From the NCBI GenBank assembly GCA_052327205.1, contig CM126209.1, positions 39,246,001 through 39,310,000 on the forward strand: a DNA stretch of 64,000 nucleotides, read 5' to 3'. A model generated the notes under the pieces. That model searched no databases and was not told where the DNA came from. It worked only from the letters and a program-made list of their open reading frames with translations. The stretch comes from Somniosus microcephalus. Taxonomy: Eukaryota. The translations under genes were made by a program, and so were the position numbers. Below are positions 33,313 to 45,341 of this stretch, piece after piece. How positions within the stretch are numbered: the first letter of the stretch is position 1; each line of letters opens with the position of its first letter.

Positions 33313-36300
33313 TTTTATTTTAATATTTAACTTGCATTACGTTTTTTGTAAGATTAGAGCTTGTAGTTTTGAAGCAACAAGCCACAAGAAGACCAGCTGT
33401 AAATTTCTACATTGCTCACATCCTCTAGCCTCATCTGTACCCCTTTAAAGGCCAGTCTGGGTTTATCATTCTATTCTCATTTTATTTGACCATTTTTGTT
33501 CTGTAACACCAAGCCATGTAGTTTTGAGGAAGGATACCTACAAGAGGATCCCGCTTGTAAATGTCTTTCTTTTTTTTAATAAGTACTAATAGGAGTGGTG
33601 AAAATGTTGTTCTTTAATATGGTTTCACGTATCTGTGCAATATTGTACTAAAGAAGTTAAAGCACTGTTGTGGAGTATAGAGGAAAATCATTGCAAGTTG
33701 AAATCCAACTTAAATTGGCCTAACTGGAATAACGTGTGCCGAGTGGCACTGCCGATTATGAACGTTCTCAAGGTTCTAATGTCAAGGCGCTTTAACTGAA
33801 GGACAATCAGAAAAATATTTAAGGTTTTGTTTATTTATTTAATAAATGTCCTGTTTACGTGGTGACGACGTATTTTAATTTACCTGGATTGTAAATTTAT
33901 TGACAGAGGTCGTAAGATAAAGATTCTAATTTTTTCAGACAACACTTTGTGTTTATTATTTCTGATGTTTTCCCCCAGATGTAACATAGTTATTTACTGC
34001 GAAAATAATGGGTGTTCTGTATGTTTTAGCAAAAGAAATGAAATAAAATATTGGCGTTTTTGATATTGTAATGCCGAATTTTGTTGAACAGACTTGTTGT
34101 GAACTAAAATAAAATGTAAGCATTCCTTGTTACTCAAATGTGTAGTTTCATACAAACACTAGCTCAAGAATCAGTAAGGCTGCTGCTTTGTAAATAAAGT
34201 ATACAAACACCATTTGTGGCCAGAAACGACACGATATTTGCAGATAGCGAATCACGATCAGTTGATAGGCCTAAAATTTCATGGCGCCCATGCTTAAAGA
34301 CATAATCATTTAAAGGGAAACTGGATTGATATTTTACACAATGCAATAGTGCATCTAGCCTTGAGAAATACCTAATTCTATCTAGCAAAGAAAACGCCAC
34401 CTCCGCTTTTATATAATTCTTCTGAAGCATTCTTTGTCAATTGTTATCTGATACATGGTGTACTGTATTTCATAATCAGTGTAGTGAGGTTCGTGTCTAT
34501 TTTGTGACTCACATTTTACAATTCAATCACATCTGACTTTTCCCCTCACAGTGTTAGTATTGAAACCTCAGACAATGGTTAATTAAACAAGTTAGGAAAC
34601 TGCAATGAAACCGATGGTCGACCTGCAGAACGTTTTTTTCAAACAAAACTTTTTTTTTCAAAAGTTCTTTCAATTTGTAGTGAAGAATATTGGGAGGGGG
34701 GGAGGGACTGATTGACTGGCCAAGGATTTGCGGAACTGAAACCATTTGCAGTTATTAAGAAGTATAACCTGTAGATGTATTTCGCAATAGCTGGAGGGGT
34801 CAGTGACTTCACCTGCCAAGTGTCTGTACACACACAGGATAAGAATATATTTCATTATGGTTAAACAATTCTCTTTATGTTAAGTGACAGTCCCTTTTAG
34901 TTGAACATGGAGCTCCTACAAGTAAGAGGGCAGTTTCTATTCTGAGATTGGCGTGATATTTAAATGGTAGGCCGCAAACAAAGTGAAACAAACCAGTCAG
35001 ATGGCGTTGCTGGATCAAGTACAGACCGACCGAGTTTAGTAATCCCTTGACTGCACAGATATGTGCCGGTGCTTGTATACTGCAAATATATTTTAACCAT
35101 TCCTATTTTTGCAGAAGGTCACGGTTGATGTCCTTTACAGACGAGCAACTCGAGTTTATTCCATTTGTATTTTTATGGTTGACATCCAAGAAACCAGCAG
35201 CGCCGTGTTCTGATTTTCAGATAGCATTGCTGTTAGTTTATCACATGAAACCTGTCAACAGTTCTGTCAGATGATTCACAAGTGACAAGGCGCTAAATAG
35301 GTGTCTCTCTGCCTTTGATTCTGTTTTAATTTGTTATGCGTCGTGGCTGAAAATAAACACAACACAGAAGCCAAAATATGTTGCCCCTTGTGTAAAGTAA
35401 CAACAGAATCGTGCCTCGTATTGTTGGCGGTACTAACTTCACGACAACATTGTCAATATGAACTTTCAAGACGTTTATATAGCAAACACTCAGCAGTTTA
35501 ATCAACAGAAAACAGCGACTACAAATATGCAAAAGTACTTTTATGTTGTATTGAGAGTCCTAAAAGTACCTTGTCTTTCCTAATCTATACTCTATCAAGA
35601 ACCGACCGGTCCAATAAAAACAAGATTACACTGAATATTTTACACCTTGACTAGCATTTTTAAATTATCAAGTTGCAAAACGTTTGCTAACTAAAAGACA
35701 CCCTTGCACAAAAAAGGCGTGGTACCCTGTTACTGACACAGCTTTACTGATACAGTAATTGTGCTGTCTCTGACTCATTGCCAACCTCACCTCAATAATC
35801 AATTTAACTTTATATGAAAGAAAATAGAAATACTGGTTAGTGCCAATTTTTGGATCTTTTGGCGTTGTGAGATCCCCCCCCCCCCACACACACACACACA
35901 CACTCCTCCCTTACAACATTGTGCTCTATATTGGTAACTCAAATGTATAGCCATTACAATAATAAGGTTTAAAACTACAATTAGTTTGTTAATTCAGATA
36001 ATATGGTGATATAATGAAATATAATCACGCTTTTGAACGTGGGAGCCATTTCAAATATGTTTAAACCATTTAAATATAGTTCAATTTTGAAGATATACGA
36101 TTGCAGTAATCCTCCCTCTCCAAAATATTTATTTTTTAGTAATTTTGCGTGCTTCACTATTACTTAGTTTTTCCACACGAGTGCATCCAGTGTACCAGGT
36201 TTATTCCCAACAGCAGACTGGCTTTTCTTCAGAATTTTCTACATAATTTAGGTAAAAACAGCTTGTTTACACCTGTGCTTATATGCTAATAGTAATATAA

Positions 36301-38098
36301 TGGTTACTGACTCAATTAAAATATTTGAGAAAAATGTAGACTGATTTCTTGTTCTCGACTTTCTATCAGTCATCCTTTGGCTTTATGTTATTATTCCTCC
36401 TCAGCAAAGCTATCTCAGCCACCAATTTTACTTGTCTCCCAGTCCCCCACATAAATAACTTTCTCGCTCTCTAGCTGAATTAATGGTCAGACAGAACTGT
36501 TGAGGGAAAATTTTATTGTAATATCATTTCTAACAGTCACTTCCACAATCCTGCATAAATGAAATGATTCCTACTCAGAAGATTCAGCTTAGGAGCCTTT
36601 AGATCTTGACCACAACATTCGCCTAAGCAGCAGCCCTTTTACATGTAACGTTGATCATTTACGTTGTTCTGCAAAACTTTTTTTGGAAACAAAATATTAA
36701 ATGAAAATAAAGATGCACGCTGGCTTGTTTTCCATTAAGCATGTGAACTATTATTCTGTCCATATTTACACAATCATTATAATGGAAACGTATCCAAAAA
36801 TTATATATTTTTTAAAGACAAACAACATTTTTGGTTTAAAAGCCGTGGTTGGTTTGCATATAGGACAAGGAAAGGATGGTTTCTGTTACACAGAGTGGCA
36901 TCTCAGAAATAAGAGGCGCTATTAATACAAAGACTAATCATAAATATGAACAGCTCCTGCTTAGCACTTAAACGCTGCGATTTCCAAATCTCTGCTTTTG
37001 TTTGATACATCGTGAGCCCTGCTCATTTTTGTAAATATGCCTGCGTATATTCTGCTGTCGTGTTTGTACCTTACACACACATGTATTTCTTTTATTTGGT
37101 GCAAAACACAGGGAACTTTTGTATAGCAAACACTACAATCATGCCAAACAGATAAAACCTTTCCATCACTACCCAGAACAGTCTTCAGAACCATCATGCA
37201 GATCGTTTGTGGGTGAGCTCAGTTCAGCTTCAGCGGCCTGCGGGTATTTTACAGTTTAACAACTGCACTCATTTGCGTCGAACTCTCCAAAATCTCTGTT
37301 TAACTGTGGCACTAATCTGTGCCTATCTCTCAGGTATACTTAGCGACTTTCCGCAGGGAACCGGTGCCATTTAATAGGTCAGTATGTTTTGTTAACAAAC
37401 TTTATTTTTGCTTACAACGTGTTTACGTTATTAAAAAGGGACGAGGGACAAAGTATCTTCGAGATAATCACGTTCCTGTATCGACTTGTGCGATGCAAAC
37501 TCAACGAGGGGCCATTAAAGAGCATTAATAGATTGGCATAGCATTATGCTTTAGCTCGTATTGATCGCAAAATGTCTGCAAAATATTGTTTCAATGAGCT
37601 GCATTGTTCATCGTACGCTGCTGGAATGTTGTGACCTTGATTTGTTAGCATAAAGGGGAAAAGGGGAGGCAAAATTAGCACGCGATATCCAGGATGCGTT
37701 CAAATTTCATCCCCAAACTCTCAATAATTGTGTTCCTCATATTAAAAGGAAAGTCCGAATGCAGCTTAACTGCTGCTGCTAAATGTCTTCATTCTCTGTA
37801 TGCATTTCCAAGCCCTGCCTCTTGTAAAGGCATCTCTCAAATAGGTTCACTCAGTAATTAACCGCGATTCGCGCTTCGTAACGGTGCCCGAATTTTTATT
37901 CAACAGAACGACTTCATCGTACATACAAAATAAATAGCAGATCTGAAGCACAGGCTGCTCAGTTGGGGACCAGTACTTTGCTCTACCTGGTGTAAGTGTG
38001 AGCCCTGCCGTACATCACCCGGGTCTATTATTTTTTTTTTTAGAAACGCAGTTTAAAGAATCCTTTGCACCTCTGAGTCCCATTCGCCTCAATGATGG

Positions 38099-38229
38099 NN
38101 NNNNNNNNNNNNNNNNNNNNNNNNNNNNNNNNNNNNNNNNNNNNNNNNNNNNNNNNNNNNNNNNNNNNNNNNNNNNNNNNNNNNNNNNNNNNNNNNNNNN
38201 NNNNNNNNNNNNNNNNNNNNNNNNNNNNN
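38099..38229. other. Assembly gap (131 N)
   Basis: Run of N. Confidence 1.
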
Positions 38230-41200
38230 CACGCTACGGGGCGGTCGATTTTCTTAATTCATCCCCGAGGAATTGATGAGTCTATCAGTCCAGTAGATTG
38301 GAAACCCATTAACGCTCTATGGTTTACGCGTCTTAGGTTGTTAATTGGAACTTGATGGATTGTGGCCCTTTGATAGGCTATGCTGATCTAATCTCGATGA
38401 CTTCTGTTTTCCAATAAATTACACAATTCATTTTCCAGCCCCGATTACATAAATTGTACACCTCCAGGCTCCCGTGGAATAGGGAGCCTTTTTGCAGCCC
38501 GTTGTGAGATGTCATTTGTACCAGGAACAGCAAGCTTTTGAATGAAAATCGAAACATAATCAACGTTTATACTTAGAAAATTTATTGATATCATTTTCTT
38601 CGGTAATTTCCTTATTTTAAAGTTGGACGCGCCATACATCATAATACACACGTGTAAAGGACTGTGTTTAATATTTATCGAAGCTTGATTCGCAGATCAA
38701 ACTTGTTTATGACTTCATCTGTCACTGCAGGTGGAACCTTTGCAATATTATAGGCGGTCAGGAGGCTATTTTCTAGCAGCATAAACCTACTAAAGATCAA
38801 TTTTCATTAGGGACAATGCGCGCCTGACATCCTCGGTACTTTTTTGGGGGGCTGGGGGAGGGAGAATTGCATTTTCTGTGCTCTTGCAATCTGTGCTTAC
38901 AGCAGTCACCGGCGTGCTACAGTAGCAGTGATTACAGATCAGATTTATTTTAGCTACTTTTTCCTCTGGCCAGATTACGAAAGAGAATACGGGGTGAGGG
39001 GACAACCTCCAAAAGCTACAGACACAAGCTACATGGCTGAGAATAGCAGAGGTGTCTTAGGACGAAACCCGCTTTATAATAATGTGGATTTTTAAAGCTC
39101 TCTCTTTAAGCAGATGCGCGCATTTAACAGGCTTTTAAATAGTTAAGGTTCACAAAATGTGCCTATTTAATATGTCAATGTAGATTTCACGCCGTATCTT
39201 TATTAGCTCCAAACTCCATTCAAACACAATGCCTTGCTTAGCTGTCGGCAATATATCCCACAGTAAAATGTTTGCTCCTGTGCACATATGCCTCACGAAT
39301 CTACATTTTAGTTGAGTAACTTAAAGAGAAACTTAATTAGCAGGAATCATACACGGTGTAAGTACATCTTTAATACAGTTTAAGTACAATACTATCCCAA
39401 CTCAAGTATGAGTAATGATAACTTCACTTCTGTTGCAATATTTGCAGCAAATGAATGCTTATTATGATCTGGAAAAGATGGCTATGTGTTTTTTTGGCGA
39501 AATGTATATACAAACCACACTATTCGAAAATTTCAAATAGATTAAAATCAATGGCGATCTCCCAACGAGTCGTATCACATCTTTGTGTAGTGTCTCCATT
39601 AGGGACACGGTGGATAATTACGCCCGGTTTGTAACTTTCCGAAGCTGCTAGTTTCTATTTGTAGTTTAAACACTGGCTGCAGCCCCAGAGCCTGACTGAG
39701 AGCGGAATGAAGAGTGATCATCCAGCGCTGTTTGCAGGGGCGCGCCACGTTAACGAGCTGACACTATGATTAAAGCTGACCATTTGTAATGTGTCGCGAC
39801 CCCGTGAAAGCATGAAAAGGTTAATGTGGTAGAACGGAGCAGGACTCTCACACCTGCCTCCCAGAGCAGGACAAGAGCGCAGCCCCTGTCAATCAATCAA
39901 TTAACCAGGCTCTGTCCGCAGTCAGCTTTCAGCAGCCGGCACAATAAGCAAGTAAACAAAGTCGAACTCCAATAAGATCGATTCAGGATTGCCACAGAAA
40001 GCTTCAATTTTAGAAGCCAAGTATTAGCAGGGGTGACGTTTAATTGGGTAACACTTGGTATATGAAGAAACGATCTTATTAGAGATGGCCCAGAAGAATA
40101 CGATTGTATTTGAATGAATGTAAAAAAAAAACACACACTTTTGGAACAAGAACCTATATATGTCAATCGATCTGTATTTGTGAATCGAGATGATTTTTTG
40201 CAACTGTTAAGATACAGGACAATCAATTGACGTACAGTCGCCGAAGTCTGTAATTTCAGTGAAGTGAATGTAGAGGTAGAGGGGATGAAGTGGCAAACTC
40301 CTGCCTATCATCAAAACCATATCAGTGAAATTTGAAGTTTTTAATAACTGCGACACTCTCAAAAGTTGGCCTCAAGTAACCTTGTTCTTACAAGGTCCCA
40401 CTATGTAATCAGGTAATCAATAGAAGGAATACTGCTAATCTTTCGACATCCTACCAACTTTATGGGGAACCTGGAACTGTCAGTCAAATCAGTAAGGCAA
40501 TACTTTGGGGAGTTAATGTACCAGGAAAGCGATTTAAAAACTAATCTGCAAATTTCTAGCTTTGTGTTTATTAACCAGCTATTACCGCCATTTATCAAAA
40601 TCATGCCCTACAAACTCTGGCTGGTCAGCACGGTTAGTGCGTTATTCTAATGGTTAACCTATCTGCACATCATGAAATACTCAGACTATGGAATAGGTGC
40701 CTCTTACTTCGATCAACTGGCTAACCAGCTAGTTCCTTAATTAAACCTAGGATTCAATTAGACAGTCATAAATTAATCCATTTCTCAATGGTACATCTAC
40801 CTCAACTAATGTAGCAGCGGTGTTGGAGATTTTGTCATCGATCAAGGAACTGGTTAATTTATTCACTAATCAACTGACGGTCCAATGAGCACTAAATGCA
40901 TTGTGTGTTACTCACGCCTGTATATATGTTGATAGTGGTTATTGTAGACGTGTTCAATGTCTCGGACAACAACTGCGCAACTTTGCTGTTTTATCAGATC
41001 CATTGCAAAGCATGAGTAGCATTTACAGTGCAGTGAGAATAAACATATTGTGTTTAAGACTGTTCTTACACGGGGATAATTAACAAAATTGTATTTGCTA
41101 TGCTTGAATTTGTCTTGTATATTTAGTTCTACAGTGTATCCTTTGATCAATTGTGGAGTACTAGTGTGCACGTTGGATGCAACTCTAGAAATACACAACC

Positions 41201-42999
41201 GCGCCTCTCCATTTGTCTGGAATTTTATTTCTGTAACCAGACATATCTTCAAAATGCTTTTATGAAACTCAACTTACGGTAACTTAATTCCAATCAGTTT
41301 GTCTCTATCCCTGATCTCAAGAATATAAAAATGAAGTGGCGAATTAACGATCGATCCAAGCATAAAAGAGGGTTCATTTAACATCAATTATTCAATTTCG
41401 CCCATTCCAATAGGAAAGTCAAGTAACTGTATCTAGGCGCTGGTAATCACCGTCCGATTGAATACTAATGACGAGTTTTAAAATACTGACATCAATTCGC
41501 TTTACTAAGTTGTTTATCTTATTTCCCCTCCTGTCATATCAATAATTTGTTGAATGTCTGCTGCGATCTCCTATTGCATCTTTCCCGGCGTCGCCATGAT
41601 GCCTGACGCCAATGTAATTGCTGTACCTGGTACATGACCCATCTAACTGCACTTAACCTTCGTTTTTTTAGTCAGTTTAAAACTGCAATATCAACTGTTA
41701 TGTTATGTCAGTCACGTGCTAACAAAACTCCAGTGCCAAACCTAGCTCGAAAGAAAGAGAAGCAACCGTCAGCTGCTCAAATCTCAGCCACCAGCTACAA
41801 TCAGAGCACTGATTGGCAACCAAGTTTACCATCACCCCCTAGTCAACATTCAGGTTTTGGTAAAGTTTAGATAACTCAACCTCAACCAAACTCACCCACC
41901 CTGGCCGGTTTCCAACCAATAGTAGCACTCCATTGGTATTAAAATTACTATACTAAGCTTGGTGGTGGTTAAGTATCCAAACGTATTCAGCCTTCGGTTA
42001 AGAAAAAAAACCCATCTAGGTGGAAGTACTTTATAGGCGCCCTTAGCAGCCAAATGTACCTATAGTAACCAGAAACCATCACTATCCGAAATCAATCAAG
42101 ATCTGTTACTAGTTTAAGCCTACTAGCAACCCAGACAGAGCCGCTCAATCTTCTACAGACCAGTAATCAGATTCAATCCAAAGTACCAGTCAGCGTCGAT
42201 GTCCATAGGCAGCCACAGTACATGGGTAACCTCAGACACAAAACCAAACTCATTCAACAAATCGAATGCCTTTTGTTATTCGCGGAATCTGTTGCCAGCT
42301 TCCACTACAGTCTCGCAAGGCTCCAGGTGAGATCATGGTAACCTCCTCTACACTAAACACAGCATAAAACTCGACTGCAGTCGAATTTGCATTTTGCAGA
42401 AATGAACGTTCCATAAATGAGTTCCACTATTGAAACAGAACCCAACATTTCGCTGATCTCACTATCGCTAGGCTGCTGCAGTCACAGCCTAGTACTCACG
42501 CCACCAATCTTCACAATTACAAATAGAGGGAGGCCTACACCAAACCGGGCCACATCTGTCACAATGGAAATGAAGAATTAGTCACGATTTTCAGATTTTC
42601 TAGATCTCAACAAAACAAATAAAAGGAATTTTGCAATTTTAATTTCCCGTTTGAATAGTGTTCTTTACTCTAAAATTCTCTCATAACATTTTATAATTGT
42701 GAAAATTCTGATTTATGGCAAACCCACATTACCCAGCCCGAGAACAGCAACATCACCGCAGAAGGACTCAGGAACAACAGTTACCAACTTAATCTAACTC
42801 TTTTTATAAGCCTGTAACTATTAGCGGCCCCATTCCTGATTTCCAGTGAGCAATAACCAGCCTCCACTGAGCCCAGTATCTAGCCAGACGGTCACACTGT
42901 CAAGTGACCTGTACCGTAGCCTACCGTTCATTAAAACTTCAAACAAGCAAACAAGTCAGTATCACCACGTGCGCGCATTGAGGCCGCATCTATTGTCAC

Positions 43000-43359
43000 A
43001 CTGTATTGCATCGTCCTCCTCCAAAGCAAGAATATGTTTTAACATCGCAAACATCAACAATCAATCAAATCCTTGGGTTAACCTAATCATCCCTCCGCTT
43101 GTGTAAAGTTCAAAATTTCCGGGACTGACTGCTGTTTTTGATTGGCTGCAGCAACTCAAACCTACATGCAAATCAGCCAACGCCACTGACTAGGCAGCAG
43201 ATCAATACAGGTTTACGGGACGCAGAGAATGCATTCAGCCCGTGCATGCTCAGGGAAAGCGACTGCAGAACAAAGCCACAACAATATACGCAGTCTAACA
43301 CTTCTGCAAGCGATTGTAAGTAAGTAAGTTTATTTTCTTTTTTTTTTTATGAACACAGA
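43000..43359 (+). promoter_or_regulatory. HMX2: HMX2 proximal promoter and 5' UTR (approximate)
   Basis: Inverted CCAAT (ATTGG 43141-43145) and octamer ATGCAAAT (43166-43173) upstream of the ATG. Confidence 0.45.
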
Positions 43360-43624
43360 ATGAGCAACAAAGACGACATCACAAAGTGTTCTCCAGCCCC
43401 GATCTCCAGCTTTACGATACAGTCCATACTTGGGACCACGTCGGAGGAAGAACGCACAGGTTGCAAAGGCAATGCAAAAGTAAATGCCAGGAAGCGCTGT
43501 TTATCCGACTCCTCGGACGAAGAGTTAACCGAGGAAGGATACAAAGACCTAGCCTGCTTCTGTTCTGACTCTGGCCCCACCGAGCCCTGTCGCAGACACC
43601 AGACTATCAGCTACACTTGTGTGA
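43360..43624 (+). CDS. HMX2: Homeobox protein HMX2 (Nkx5-2), coding exon 1
   Basis: MSNKDD...ISSFTIQSILG (eh1)...RKR.LS.SS.EE; phase-1 donor GTAAGT at 43625 is required to keep frame with exon 2. Confidence 0.93.
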
Positions 43625-44802
43625 GTAAGTAAAGCAAAATCCTTTATATTTATCGTGCACCATTATCCTCAACTCCTTTTCGCGTATAGTGTTAAACAAA
43701 TAATTTGATTTGAGAAACACGATACGCTTGCCCTTAATATCATGCTTAAATTTAAACAGGATTTATACTTGATTTTTTAAATTTATTATATATATATATA
43801 TATAAGTTGTGCCGTAATACAATATATAAATGTCCCTGACAGGATTGTCGCTAACGCCCAAGCATGTCCCAACATTCTCGACCCATTACAATCCAACGAT
43901 GACTCTTAGATAAAAACCGAAAATGCTAGAAACGCTCAGCAGATCAGACAGTATCTGCGGTCTCTCATACTTTGGATGGATTTAGTCGGTGAAGCTGCAT
44001 TGTGCAAACAGAAAGGACATTTCATATTTCACTGCGGACAGAAAACACTCGCACGATTGACTTTTGAAACCAGCAATTTAGCATTTCATAAAATAACACA
44101 ACCATTTGGTAAATAGAATTCAAGGATTTAAGTTTAACAGCCACGTTATGACTGGAGCCCCAGGTACGAGACTACGACAGCAGTCCTGTTCCTGCCATCA
44201 TTCACACCACATTGGTTCGGGGCTATAATGTACTTATATGACCATTTATTTTCATCAAATTTAATATCGCAAATTACAATACAAATTAGGGAATATACTT
44301 CCCCCTTCGTCTTTCACTGAGTTTAAAAAGCCTGAACAACGGAGTCAAGCAACGGCATGTAGCAAAATTATGACAGAAAATATAGAAAATACAGGTGAGG
44401 CATATATAGGTTGTATATTAATGCAGGATAGTTTACAATATGTTAGCGTATAGAGTTGGCAAAATACGTTTCCTTGCCACCCAATATTAAAACTTCATTC
44501 TTGCTCTCCACTGACACCTTATAATATAGTTTTAATTATATTTAAAGGCAGTTTCTCATGTTAAGTTTTCAAGCAGTGATGCATGTCATGCGTCCCGGCA
44601 TTCCAGAGCAGAAAAACATTATCAAAATGAATGTAAACTATGTGTTGTTCCGTTATTCTTGGCGTGTTGACGCCGCAAGTGAGTCTTATTTTAGTATATT
44701 ATATATATATAATAATAAAGGTAGAGGTGTAGTGGAAAGATGAGGACTTCAAAGATCAGTAAGAATATATCTGAGAAATGCCTTATTTTTTCTGCTTTTT
44801 AG

Positions 44803-45341
44803 GTAATTCTAAAGGAGTTGGCAGCGCTGGGCAGGAAAGCACGGAAAGAAGGCAGCAGTACCTGTCGCAAGATGGTCAGGTTTACAAGGAAGAAAAAGAG
44901 AAAAATTGCACGCAGACATCAACAGACAGACAGAGGGAGGGAGACAGGCAAGGGAATCCGGCCAAGAAGAAGACTCGCACCGTTTTCTCTCGGAGCCAAG
45001 TCTACCAACTAGAATCCACCTTCGACATGAAACGTTACCTGAGCAGCTCGGAAAGGGCTTGTCTCGCTACCAGCCTCCAGCTCACAGAGACCCAGGTCAA
45101 AACCTGGTTCCAGAACCGCAGGAACAAGTGGAAGCGGCAGCTCTCAGCAGAACTCGAGGCGGCCAACATGGCCCACGCGTCAGCGCAGACTCTAGTAGGA
45201 ATGCCTCTAGTTTTCAGAGACAATTCCCTTTTGAGGGTGCCAGTCCCCAGATCAATCGCGTTCCCAGCTCCTTTGTACTACCCAGGCAGCAACCTCACAG
45301 CTCTTCCCTTCTACAACCTCTACAACAAAGTCGAATACTGA
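44803..45341 (+). CDS. HMX2: Homeobox protein HMX2, coding exon 2 (homeodomain); spliced CDS 804 nt, 267 aa
   Basis: Acceptor TCTGCTTTTTAG; [73 protein letters not shown], ends YNLYNKVEY. Confidence 0.97.

Noticed and set aside
35874-35902. C-run and (CA)n microsatellite
   Set aside because: Ordinary simple repeat
37998-38355. ORFs spanning the N run
   Set aside because: Artefacts of the assembly gap
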